Part shown: positions 25,180-37,096 of the stretch, piece by piece | Layout: each line of letters begins with the position of its first letter | Position numbering within the stretch: the first letter of the stretch is position 1 | Assembly (NCBI RefSeq): GCF_018350175.1 | Contig: NC_058376.1 | Span: forward strand, 72,912,001 to 72,976,000 | Reading direction: 5' to 3' | Source: Felis catus | Taxonomy: Eukaryota | Length of the DNA stretch: 64,000 bases | Position numbers and translations under genes: made by a program | Notes under the pieces: generated by a model | The model's input: the letters and a program-made list of their open reading frames with translations, nothing else | Told to the model about the DNA's origin: nothing | The model's database searches: none

Positions 25180-26420
25180 AATTTATGATCTCTCCCTCAA
25201 AACCTACTCCTCCTGCGGTATTCCCTACCTCAGTAAATACACCTCTAATTGTTGGGGCTTTGGGGTAGAGTGGCTCCATTTCCAGGTCAGAACCATGGTT
25301 TGGCGCTGGTTGAACTGGTTATGCCACCCTAAACTGAACGTGCTTCCCAGACTTCAGGCTTCTACCACCAGGGCAGAGCCGGCCCCACTAAGCTCACTGC
25401 ATGGCTTGGAGAACAAACTGGATTCTACCTGTCTGTGGCAAGCAGAGGGGACTAGAAAACCCAGAAGGTGCTGAGTCATACTAGCCCAGTGACTGGGACA
25501 GAGCCCAGGAGTGTTACTCTAATAAGCATCCCTCCTTTTGGAAACGTGAGGAGTGGGGAACAAGTGTTCCCCCGACACCATCTACCTGGTTGCATTAGTC
25601 ACAAACCTTAGAGTCATCTTAGGCATACGATCTCCCTCTCACACACACCCCTAATTCATATCCTGCTTATCACCAAGGACTGTCAATTCACTTCCTAAAT
25701 ATGTCCTGAATCTGTTCTCTGCTCCATTCTACAGCCACCACTCGGTAGACCAAGACACGATTATTTCCCACCTGAATCCTCACAGGCCCCCTCATCCACT
25801 TTTATCGTCTCCAGTCTGTTCTCCACTCTGTAGGCCCCAACTCCTCCTTACATTTTTAAAAAACTGTTCCTTGTTGCCCTTTGGTAAAAACTAAAATCCA
25901 TAACATGGGTCCAATGTTTTGTTGGTCTGGTCCATGCCTACTTCCCCAGCCTCAAGGCAGCATGACTCTCCCTCTTGCACCAGGCGCTCCAACCACCCTG
26001 CTTCCTTTGACTTCTAGGAGGAGATAACACTTCATGCTGCCTCAGCATCCTTGCCCATACTGTTCCCTCAACCTAGAATGCCCTTCCTTCCTCCTTTCCT
26101 CCCTTCCTTCCTTTCCCTTCCCCTGGCTAACTCTTGTTCATCCTTTACAATTTAACTCAAATGTCACCTTTCCAGGGAAGCATCCCAGACCAGATCAGCT
26201 CTCCCTACTAACACATTCAAGGTTTTGGTGAGCTTTCCCTCCCTAGTATTTACCACAGTCGGTAACAAGATATTGTATGATTCTTTGACTGTATGTATGT
26301 ACATATACAGTATATATGTATATATGTATATGTAGTGTCCTGTCCTATAAGCTCCATGCAAAGAGATGACCCTATCCTTCAGCACCCAACACAGTTGCTG
26401 ACAATAGTAGTTACCTAGTC
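25180..26420 (+). mobile_element. Fragmented L2
   Basis: aaaccttagagtcatctt; aaatgtcacctttccagggaagc; tataagctccatg. Confidence 0.6.
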
Positions 26421-26859
26421 AACACTAATGATGGACTGGGTGAAGGAGAAAAGTGATTGGAGAAAAAGGTATGATCCTAGTAGACGGTTTTGGAGATCTA
26501 ATGCCCTTCTTCCGGGAAAGTGGGGCAGACCAAAGAGACATGGCATAGGTAGGGTGTTCATGCATGAATGTTTGGGTAGAGAGACAAGGGTTGATCTGGA
26601 ATCAGAGGTCAGAAGCTAGCAGCTCCACTGGTTGAGCATAAAAAAACATGATTATAGCACTGTGAAGAATAAATAGGGTAGAGCCAAGGAGACGATCCCT
26701 TCTCAGAAGGGATGCACATAAGATTTGAAACTTGGCTAGAAGAAGAGGAAATGCAATTATTGGTACCAGCCACAGGAGACATCACCAACATTTCTCTGGG
26801 TGTACAATCTTTCAGGGTGCTGCATCTACGCATGAGTAGAGAATCTGTCATTTTGTGGG

Positions 26860-27080
26860 TACACAGTATCTAAAACCCCTCTTTAGTTTTGGAGAATTCC
26901 CCATGGGATAAGCCTTTATGGGAGGTAGCCAGCTTTGTTTCTACCTGTTTTTCAAGTCTGGCTCTCTAGCCTTCCTGGCGAGTCTCAATGCTTCCCACTA
27001 TCCCTGAATAAACTCCCTTTCAGCTTAAGTCAGTCGGAATTAGTTTCTGTTGTTTTCAGCCAAGAACCATAACTGGTACA
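26860..27080 (+). mobile_element. MLT1-like LTR 3' part
   Basis: aataaactccctttcagcttaag...tttctgttg...aactggtaca. Confidence 0.6.
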
Positions 27081-27639
27081 GTCGGGGGCCAGCAGGGCAG
27101 TGACATCTGGCTTCTCCATGTAACCACACGCGTGGATGCCAAGCACGCAGACAAGTGGACAGGACTGCTTTGGCAGCCTGGAAGTTATGGGCTCCTCAGA
27201 ATTGGGGAGGGAAGGCAGCCATTTTGAGCCAGCAGGGCCTTTGGATGGAATCAGAATTCCTGCAGATCTGTGGGTGAAGGCCACATCACAGAAATCATCC
27301 TATTGTTGGGATATGCCCACGGGGTTGGTCACCTAATACACCCCAGACTGGCGGCCTGGGAAACTCTGACAGGTGGAGGCCCAGAGAACCCACAGTTGGC
27401 TCATGGCCCCGTGGGAAAGTCCTGGCCCTCCTGGGCCTTCTCGTATTCGTTGTACTTTTCCTGAAGAGTTTGTACTCTGGTAATCTGTTCAAGATATTTT
27501 CCACTTCTCGGATCCTGAATCCACTATAAAGAATAAAATATGGGAGGAAATAAACGGAGAGTCAGAGTGCACTTAGCACACTTCCTGATGCCTCAAATAA
27601 TAGGATGTCAGAGCAGGAAAGGCCCTTGGGACCATCCAG

Positions 27640-27815
27640 TCTTGTGGTCTCAGACGTCAGTGGGCTTCACAATTACCCAGGGAACTAGTTAGCAGTGTGG
27701 GTTCTTGCAGATTTCTCCATTCTCATAGCTGGTACACTAGGTCTAGGGTGAAACCCCAAGATTTGGGTTTTGTACAAACTTTCCCAGGTAATCCTAATAT
27801 AAGTTTGAGAACACT
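27640..27815. mobile_element. MER5A-like DNA transposon within a MIR
   Basis: caattacccagggaactagtt...taggtctagggtg...ttcccaggtaatcctaat...tttgagaacactg. Confidence 0.6.
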
Positions 27816-29417
27816 GATTCTAGTCCTTCATCCCATCTTACAGGGGAAAAAACGGACTGAAAAAGAAAACTCCCCCAAAGGGTCAGCTGTTGACTGGACA
27901 CCAAGCCCAGGCCTCCTAACTCCCACTACCCTGGGCTGGTGTGGACTAGGACAGGGCATGGAAAGTGCTTCTTTCCAAAGTCAGTTATGTGATTTTTGTC
28001 CCCTAACAAGGCTCCCCCTTTTCTGGTTGTAAAAGGTGCAGCGTGTCATGGGAAATGCCAGAAATAAAGATGGATCTGTTCTAGCCTCTGCCAGAGAGGC
28101 TGTTGTGGTCTTAACCGAGTAGGAAGCCCTGGAGGCAAAGCCAGGAATTGCCACCACAAGGCCCTCAGCTTGACACAGCAGCAGCCCAAGTTCTAGTTCT
28201 GGGTCCTCCAATGTCATGCATGAGCTTAGACAAGTCCCTCCCTGAGTCTCTGTTTTATCCAGTTCATGAAATGGGGATAAATGTGCTATCTGCTGTCTAC
28301 CCTGCCTGCCTCCCTGGCCTCTGGTGTGAATGTGCTTTGTAAACTCCCACGTGCTGCTCAAGCAGGAGGGATTACAGACACTGGAGATGTGACTAGAATC
28401 CTGATTCCTACTCAGGGTCCCTTGAGGACGTGCCGGGCTCGTCTTAGAAACAGCAGAGGAAGCTAAGAACCTGCCAGCGATGCTCAAGGGAGATTCTCAG
28501 AGCCTGTGGGCTGGCTGGCAAAGAGATCCCTTCCTCTCACACAGTGCTCCCACGTCAGGCAACCTGCATGGACGAGAACCTCGCTCACTGCCAGGTGCAG
28601 GTGTGTGTGGGGGGGGACAAAGGGATGGTGAAATCACTGCTTCGGGGTCTTCCCTGCCTCTGGTCTGGCTCTGCTGGGAACTTCTGTCCGTCTTTCAAAG
28701 TGCCCTGGCTCAGGACCCCTAGGAAGTGTTCAGAGAACCCCAGGGGACCAAGAGAAGTCACACCCCACCCTTCCATGCCATGGCCTGTTACAGCAGGTTC
28801 AAGGGGGTGGATTCGCTCAGACGGTATCTTTCCATATTGCCACATCACGCCTCTCAGAACCATCTCCCCAGCTGGCAGGAGTCCTGGCTTACCTGAGGTT
28901 ATCAGGACGCCAGGATTCTTCCACCATTCTGCCAAAAATTTGCTTTGTCACCTTGCTCAATCCCCTCATCTCTATGGCCATTTTCTCATCTGTAAAATGG
29001 GGGAAACAATTCCTGTCCCTCCCTCCATTACAGGTTTGCTGTGTCAAGTGACAGCAGGGTGTGGGAGGGCTTTGTCGTCATTACCTGGTAGGACAAGACA
29101 GAGGCCTGGAAAGGGAAGGAGGAGAGGCAGGCACAGAGATGAACTGCAACTCCAGGAGGCAGGGGAGCTCTGCACAAGGACTGAATTCTTGCCTCTACTT
29201 GGGGCCGCCCTGGGACAGCAAGTCCTTTGCTGTAAGATGCTCCCCATCCCTTTCTCTCATGTCACTATTTATAGTGCATTTACCCAAAATACCACAATTA
29301 CTTGACCCTCAGAGTGCATTTTCACATTGGTAATACTTTACATCCTAAGAAGCCCCCATCCAACAGCCCCAGCTCATGAAAACTGGCACAGGTCCATTTT
29401 ACAAGTGAGTCCAACTT

Positions 29418-29420
<3 letters not shown>

Positions 29421-29464
<44 letters not shown>

Positions 29465-29466
29465 AC
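29421..29466. repeat. (CA)n microsatellite
   Basis: Direct observation. Confidence 0.95.
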
Positions 29467-29685
29467 GGCTGGCCAGCTGGCAGTTCACTAGGCTTTTTTG
29501 TCCCTCATTCCCCAGTAAGAAATGTCTATTGCATGACTATCAAATGTAAGGCATTCACTAGCACATGCCAGACTCAGGGGCCTCACTGTAATCAAGCCTA
29601 AGAAAAGCCTTCAGTCAGAAACCCAAGCAGACAACTGCTTGATGCAGGTGTAAGGTCATCTAGTCCGGGAGTTTTCACTCTTTTT

Positions 29686-29687
29686 TC

Positions 29688-29722
<35 letters not shown>

Positions 29723-30212
29723 TAATTTACATCCAAGTTAGCATATAGTGCAATAATGATTTCAGGAGTAGATTCCAGTGACTCACCCCCTATGTATAAA
29801 ACCCAGTGCTCACCCCTACAAGTATCTTCCTCAATGCCCCTTACCCATTTAGCCCATTCCCACACCCACAACCCCTCCAGCAACCCTCAGTTTGTTCTCT
29901 GTATTTGAGTCTCTTATGTTTTGTCCCCCTCCCTGTTTTTATGTTATTTTTGCTTCCCTTCCCTTATGTTCATCTGTTTTGTTTTGTTTTTTTCAACGTT
30001 TTTTATTTATTTTTGGGACAGAGAGAGACAGAGCATGAACGGGGCAGGGGCAGAGAGAGAGGGAGACACAGAATCGGAAACAGGCTCCAGGCTCCGAGCC
30101 ATCAGCCCAGAGCCTGACGCGGGGCTCGAACTCACGGACCGCGAGATTGTGACCTGGCTGAAGTCGGACGCTTAACCGACTGCGCCACCCAGGCGCCCCA
30201 CATCTGTTTTTT
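29686..30212 (-). mobile_element. Carnivore L1 3' end with a (TAAA)n tail, interrupted by a young CanSINE (~29981-30198)
   Basis: L1 3'UTR sequence (atatagtgcaataatgatttcaggagtagattcc); SINE flanked by catctgtttt. Confidence 0.85.
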
Positions 30213-30395
30213 TAAAGCAGTACACTTTCTTCATAAGATCTTAAAGCAAACCCCTTATCAGCTAATTCTGAAGAATCGCTGAAACTCGAAGCACCACTGA
30301 TTTATGGTGCAGATGTGGAAAATGAAGCTCAAAGAGGGTGAGGAATGTGACCAATGCCACACAACAAACTAGTGGGGAAACCAAATAAAAAAAAC

Positions 30396-30864
30396 TGTTC
30401 TTGAGCCCACAACGACAGGTACAAGGCGGGACCCAAAAACCAAAAGCACAAGCAAGGGTTTGTAGAGCTTACAGCTCAACTTAAGGGCAGGCACAACACC
30501 AAAGCACTTGAGTTAGGCTAGCCTCCGGAAACCGAGGGAAAGCCTACCTTCATACAGAAAGTTCCCGCTCAGGTTCTCACTCGGGTCCAATATGAAAAGG
30601 GAAGGGGGGAGCCTCGTCCTGATTGGTTGGAGGAACCTTATTCTGATTGGTTCAAAGGGCCGCATCCTGATTGGTTGGAAGGTCTCGTCCTTATTGGTCA
30701 ATATTGGCAGACAACTCAGGCAGCTCATTGGTGCTTTTCGGAGCTGAGTCCTCTGGTTCTGCTCTGTAAAGGCTCGCAGTTTAACAAGAACAGCCAACAG
30801 AAAGTGCTCTAGATGCACAATGTTTTTCACTTGGCGCTTGGTCCCATGGTCCCTAACTGTCTCA
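30396..30864 (-). mobile_element. Solo ERV1-class LTR (469 bp) with tandem CCAAT boxes
   Basis: TG...CA termini; 4-bp TSD AAAC at 30392-30395 and 30865-30868; repeated CCAAT boxes; interrupts MIR-like sequence. Confidence 0.8.
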
Positions 30865-31559
30865 AAACCACCTTTCAGTGCAGGTCTCTAACCCTCAGCA
30901 CAGATGTCTCCAGCTCAGTGTGACATCAGAGAGAAACGAAGTTTCCTTCATTCCTAGGCCATTTACACAGCCTAAGAAAGGAGGCTCACAAAGGGGGTGA
31001 CTAGTGAACGGAGGAGGGGGATGTGCTGACATAGTTATAATAAACAAATCTGGCTGGGAAGTAAGGGACTCACCATCTCCTTTGAAAACAAGAATGTTTG
31101 GCAGGACGTTTCTGAGGCACTGAGCCCCTTGCTGAAATAAAGCAGAAGCAGGCCTGGCAAGAACAGACAAATGGAAATTCCTTCCAGCTGCCTTAGCTCT
31201 GCCTTCTCCATGGTTCCCTGGATCACTGGCAGCCAGGCTTTGCCAGTGGCCGGCATGAGACCGACCCACCTGCAGAAGGGCCCCTGGTGTCTCCCACCAA
31301 TGGTCCAGAGGGCATTTGCATGAGCCATGGGCCAGAGAGTGACTTTTGTGGACCTTTGGGGTTGGCTTCCTGCCAAGGGGAGCTGACAGCCTGGGGGCGG
31401 GGAGTGGGCAGAGTCAGACACGCAAACCACCCCACCGTGTGAATATGGCATAGGGACTCGATGGAGCTACATTCCACACAGGGGAGGCGAGGACCGACAG
31501 GGACTGAAGGCCAAGACCACGGCTCTGTCGCTGAGATTGGTGAGCCTTGACCCAAGTCC

Positions 31560-31930
31560 CACCGTCTCTGTACAGAGCTGGGCCCGGGGCGGCCTGTGAT
31601 TTGTCAGACTCCCAGCCGCCCAGCTGCTCAGCTCTGAGGCGGGGAGGCTCGCGATTGCGAAGCGTCAGAATGGGACGCGTGGAGCCGGCCGGGCGGCGGC
31701 ACCCGCGGGCCGTTTGGCCTCGGGCGCGCAGCCACGTCCCAAGTGCGGCTCGGCTCGTGGCGCTGAGGACGTGGCGGGGGCAGCGGCGCCCCAGGTGGCA
31801 GGAATGCACTCTGGGGCGGGCGTGATCCCGGGAGGTGGTGGGGACAGCAGCGCCTGCCCAGGAGAGCGATTGCTGCTGCTGCGGGTCTGCCCAAAAGACT
31901 TGGCCGCCTCCGTTCCGCTGCTCCAGGAGT
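31560..31930. promoter_or_regulatory. Orphan CpG island
   Basis: Abrupt GC- and CpG-rich block (ggccgggcggcggcacccgcgggccg, gggcgcgc, GC box ggggcggg) in otherwise CpG-depleted DNA; no coding exon recognised nearby. Confidence 0.75.
31785..31803 (+). promoter_or_regulatory. CTCF-type motif (GCGCCCCAGGTGGCAG) inside the CpG island
   Basis: Matches the CCAGGTGGCAG core. Confidence 0.45.
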
Positions 31931-32867
31931 AGGTGCTGCCAGTAGTTTGAAGCAGAGTTGCGTTCTGAAAGGAACTGAGGTCGAACAAGAAGCCCCGGGG
32001 CCCCAGCTCTCCTTATGTGAATATTTTGCTCACCTAGAAAATAGGCCACTTTGGAGAGTTCATCAAGCAAGGGGACTCCCAGACAAGTTTTGATCAAGCC
32101 CTTAATCCCAGTCTCAACTGGCAGATGGCAGGGCACCACGTCCTCTGTTCCCGGCTTTCCAAATCCCAGAGAATCCCTGGCCATGCCAGACTCTTCAGGA
32201 TACTCCAACTGGAGGGCCCTTAGAGTTTTGTGGCTTCCACACTGTTCTAGAGCTCAGGGGAGGCCAAGCCTTCAGGGTTTAGGCCCCCGCCCCCGTTCTA
32301 CCCAAGACCCCACTTTCTTCTTTACTGCATTGAGACTGCATGCGATGTCATTGAAACAAGAGACTGTTAATAAATACAAGCCTGAGTTCCTCTTTTAAGA
32401 GGTAGTTCACATTTTCACTTTGTTGTGTATGCCCCTGGGCAACTTAAAAACCTCCCAGGTTCTTCACCTGTAAAATGAGAATAGTAATAGGACCTCCTTC
32501 ATGGGGTTGTCATAAGGAGTAAGTGAATTAATGCATATAAATGCACTTAGAGCATGTTGTGCCTGAGTCACAGTAAAAAAAAAAAAAAAAAAAAAAAAAG
32601 TGGTAAGGATTGTTGTTTTTCTAATCATTACTAATATTTTAAGATGAGGAGAGTGAGGCCCAGAGAGGAAAGGGACTTGCCCAGGTGACAAGGGAACTTG
32701 GTATTAGAGTTGGGAGTAAGTATCAGTAATATCCCTGTCTAGATGAGTCTTTTATGGCTTTTGAGGTTGATACTCCATGGAAATCTTTGCAGATAAACAA
32801 AAGCCCATTTGGGAGAGGCCATTCTGTATGAGGGGCCTCTGGCACGAACTCCATGAACCTCAGGAAA

Positions 32868-32964
32868 TAGAGGAGGGGGGCAGTTTGGGGAGAAGGAGGA
32901 AGAAGAGAGGAGGAGGAAGAAGGAAAGGAAGGCAGGGAGAGGAGGAAGAGGGGGAAGAAGAGAG
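32868..32964. repeat. Polypurine (GGA/GAA) low-complexity tract
   Basis: Direct observation. Confidence 0.8.
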
Positions 32965-32999
32965 GTCTTGATCCCTCTTAGTCACTCAATAAGAAATGG

Positions 33000-33345
33000 T
33001 GTCTTAATCATCTTAGGCTGTTATAACAAGATACCACAGAATGGGTGGCTGATAAACAACAGAAATGTATTTCTCACAGTTGTAGAGCCTGGAAGTCCAA
33101 GATCAAGGCACCAGCATGGTCCAATGAGGGTCTCTTCCTGGCACTTTTCCCTATGTCCTCACATGCTGGAAGAGGGTTAGGGATCTCTCTGGAGCTTCTT
33201 TTATAAGATATATATCTCATTCCTGAGGCTTCCACCCTCATGACTTAAGCACCTCCCAAAGGCCCCACCTCCCAATACCATTATGTTTGGGGGTTGGGAT
33301 TTCAACATATGAATTTGGCGGGAGGGACTCATTCAGACCATAGCA
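33000..33345 (-). mobile_element. MLT1A-like LTR
   Basis: tgtcttaatc...ggctgttataacaagataccacaga...attcagaccatagca. Confidence 0.82.
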
Positions 33346-33907
33346 GATGATCTCACTGGGGTTGCTCTTGAGGGGACACCTTCATTAGGCAGAGAAACTA
33401 GACCTCAAAAATATTTCAAATCTAAGAATTTTGTTTGAGAGTAAGGACTGTGCTTTGGGCTGCCCAGGGTCTCAGCCTGATTTATGGTCAATTTCAGCGC
33501 AGCCACAACTTCATGAATCTCTCCTCTTAATCTAAGTTGAGCCACAGGCCCCAGTGGCCCAGGTGAGGTCAGGGAGGCCAAAGTCAGCTTGGCAGGGACC
33601 CTCATTATTACCAGAGGAACAGTCAACGCTTGCGTCCAGCAGTTAAAGAGAGTCTGGTTCTGAATCCTGTCACTTTCTGACTGACTGGGCAAGGTATTTA
33701 AACCTAAGCTTCAGTTTAATCATCTATAAAATTGGGATTATAAGTCTTACCTCATAGTATCACTGGGAGGATCAAATGGGATAATGCTTAACCCCGGGCC
33801 TGGCAAGTAGGAAGTGCTCAATAAATGCCCATAACTATTACTATCAACTGTGGCTTCCTGCCCCCATGTGTGTGCAATACCTTCCCTATCTTCTGTCCAT
33901 CAAGGGC

Positions 33908-34345
33908 CTACATTAGTTAAGATCTGATTTGCCTGCAAAGTGGTAATGCAGAAAAGATAGAAGTTTATTTCATCCCACATAAAATCTAAATGGGTGGTTG
34001 AGGAAGGAAAGTAGTTTGCCAGTGTCTGGGATCACCACACTATCTTGTAATGCCATAGATGGCCTTGACCTCATGATTCAAGATGGCAGCATCCAAGTTC
34101 CAGCCAGGCAGCAGAATGAAGGGGTGAAGGAGCCAAAGGATGCTTATAGTCTATCTCTTAAGGAAGGTTCCTGAAAGCTATTGAACTACCATTGGCCAGA
34201 ACATAGTCATATGACCACCTCTGGCTGCAAGGGAAGCTGGGAAATGAGGTCTTTATTATGGGTAGCCATGTGCCCAGCTAAACATTGGTGGATATATTCT
34301 TATAGAAGGACAGAATGGATATCAGAGACATAGCAGTCTCTGCTC
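33908..34345 (-). mobile_element. Old MLT1 (J/K-like) LTR
   Basis: attggccagaacatagtcatatgaccacctctggctgcaagggaagctgggaaatg. Confidence 0.65.
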
Positions 34346-36767
34346 CGAGGGTCTTGATTTGTCTTGGCCAGCTAGGCAGCTGGAAGCCAGGTACCTAAGC
34401 ACTAAAACACAGGGTTGGGAGCATGGTGCTTTCTCAGCCACTCTCAGTGGCTCAATCTACAGCTGAGAACCTGGAACTGGAACCGGAACTCATGCTTCCA
34501 GCCAGAGGTCAAAGAAAGTTGTATCCTATTTAATCACCTCCCAGGCCCTCCCGGACTTCAACTCTAAAGGCAGGAAGCCTCCGGGAAAGGCAGCTGACTG
34601 CTCCCTCCTGGCTAAACAGAGGACACTGAGCAAAGCAGAGGTTCTGAGGGGGCAGAGAGGCACAGCAAGCAGGTGGGCCTGTCCCATGTTGCTCCCTTCA
34701 GTGGAAATGCTCTGCCAAGCGCCCTGCCTCCCGGTTTTACCTGTCAAAATCCTCTTCCCTTATCAAGGCTCTGCAGAAACACGACCTCTTTTAGGAAGCA
34801 TCTGTAACCGGCTCAGTCAGAATCTCCCTCTCCCTTTCCTGGGTTCCCACACGTGGTTGTACCTCCGGTGTAGCACAGGCTGTCCTGGGTGATGATAGCT
34901 CCCCTAGGCTGGTGCACAGCTCACCTGCCCCACAAAACCGGAGCGCCTCAAGGCTAGGAATGCAATCTTACCACCGACCCCCTGCAGCCTGATTCTGGAT
35001 GGCACTTCACCCTCAGAACTTGAATGCCGAAAAAGACAAGACAGAGAGGAAGCCAGGCCTGGCTAAGACATAACGGAGAGGCAACAGGAAGAGCCCAAAC
35101 ACAGACAGCTGTGGGCAGGAGGAACTGGTCCATCCTCCCCTGAGCTGAACTATTTGGGTGACACCCCCTGGACAGCTGCAAGGGTTTGTGCCTCAGAAAA
35201 CACCTCCTTTTCTGCCGGGGATGCACTTGTGGCCTGTACTTCCAGACTGAAGCCTCTGTGGCCCCTAATTCCTTTACCCACCAACATCCCCTTCAGGGAT
35301 TTCTGGCAAGGAGGTGATGCAGGGCTGCAGAGTTCATTCTGTTTAGCCATAGGAGAGGGGCATTGGGAGGAGGAAATTACCTCCTCTGCCCCAGGCCCCC
35401 AGAAGGAGCAGGTGAGCAGGAAGGAGGGCTCAGGCTGCTGTGGCTCAGCCTTGAGTGTTTCCCAACTTCTGTCTCTGGCACTGACACACCCTAGGACTAA
35501 AGCCTGTGTGCCTTTCTCAGAAAGGCCACGGTGGGGTGGGTAGGGATGGGAGAGGGTTTTTTTAGGCCCTGGCTATGCTGGCTGGCGTGCCTCTGGAGTC
35601 TCTCCCCCTGTGCCGGGCACTGTGCTGGGAAGCTTACACAGTCACCTAATCTATGTAGCCCTGCAAGATACCCACTGTTATCCCCATTTTAGACATAAAG
35701 AGACTGAGGCTGGGGGAGGCTAGATTACTTGACTGCATTATACAAATGGAAGGTGACCGAACAGGATTCAATGTCAGGTCTAGCTGGCCCTAAAACTTGT
35801 GTTCTTTCTACCCAACCTTGCCCAGAATGAAATTTCTGGAAAGGCCTTTTCTTTCCCATCCTCTAACTGCACGGTCTCTGAGGTCCTTCCATCTCCAACA
35901 GGACATCACCAGTAGGCTCCCCTTCCCCAGGGGTTGCCACTCAGGGACCCCCAGATTTGCTCCTTATTTCTCTGCTTCCCCAAGAGCATCTCTTTAGTGT
36001 TCTATCGTATTCTCTTGTACACTTAAACCTCTCAGAAAATGAACACCCAACGCTGAAAACTCCAATTTGTCACATTCCTCCAGGTGGTATCCACCTTTCT
36101 GTATCTGTGCTCAGCCTGAGCATTTGGTCTGGTTCTACCTTCAGCCTCCAGATCATGTGCCCAGCCTGTGTGTCAGAAACCCCTGCCTGGTCATTCTTCA
36201 CATGGTTCCAGCACTGTTGGCTCGGCTACCTTATGTTTTTGGTGTCTGGACAAGGCCCAGCAGTGCTTTTTCAGGGACATTCACTTTTATGCTTCCTTTG
36301 AGAAAGTTGAGGAACTCCCCAAGCAGGGAAGGACCCCTGGCCCTTCATGCCCCACCCGCATCTGCTATTACCTGGGGCCCTGAGGCTCTGCTAGGAAGAA
36401 ACCAAATTAGGTTGCATGGGGATTAAAAATGGCCATACATTTATTCATCTCTGGTGGAATAAAGCATTTCACTTCCTCCTCCAAATCATGGCACCTGTCA
36501 CCCTGGGTTAAGATTCCTGGCTCCCTGGGCTAGCCTGTGAGTTCCGGGAGGGCAGTGGGCTGCCTGCCTTTGGACACTGTGTGCCTAGTACAGGGCTTGG
36601 CACAAAGAAGACACTCAAATGATACAGGAGCCAGAGGGAGAGGGAGCAGACGCTACTGAGCATGGGGCTGATCCTCTGAATATGGGAACACAAGGGGCAT
36701 TTGCAATGGCTCCTCCATTCCCACGAAAGCCCCGTGAAATCACAGCATGCCTTCCACCAGTTTCTTC

Positions 36768-37096
36768 TGTTATAGAACCAGACCGGAATGCTGGCAGAAA
36801 AACCAAGCGGCACTCAGAGATCTTGGTGGATCGGAGATTTATTTAACACCGGCGGGCTCAGAGGAGACCAAAGATCTGAGCCCTGAGTTTCTCCAAAGAT
36901 CTGAGCCCTGAGCACAAGCATGGGAGGCAATTTATAGTCTGTTACTTCCACATTCCGCATTAGTAGTAATTTGGCGCACGCCACAAGCAGGGCAGGAAGA
37001 AGAACCCGGAAAGAGGGGTCTCTGAGCTAGAAAGTCGAGTTTGTTGCAGTTCCTTTGGCCATCTTATGGTGCAGAACTTTACTTATTTTCCCAACA
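36768..37096 (-). mobile_element. Solo ERV1-class LTR (329 bp)
   Basis: TGTT...AACA termini; TSD CTTC at 36764-36767 and 37097-37100; minus-strand TATAAA (36931-36936) upstream of AATAAA (36838-36843). Confidence 0.85.

Noticed and set aside
28544-29305. 253-aa ORF
   Set aside because: Non-ATG start, runs through MIR-derived sequence (HFLICKMG), no recognisable domain.
30612-30710. CRISPR-like spaced repeats
   Set aside because: Units are contiguous degenerate tandem repeats inside an LTR with no unique spacers, in a mammalian genome.
31414-32208. 264-aa ORF and overlapping ORFs across the CpG island
   Set aside because: Stop-codon depletion in GC-rich DNA gives open frames on both strands; no recognisable homology.
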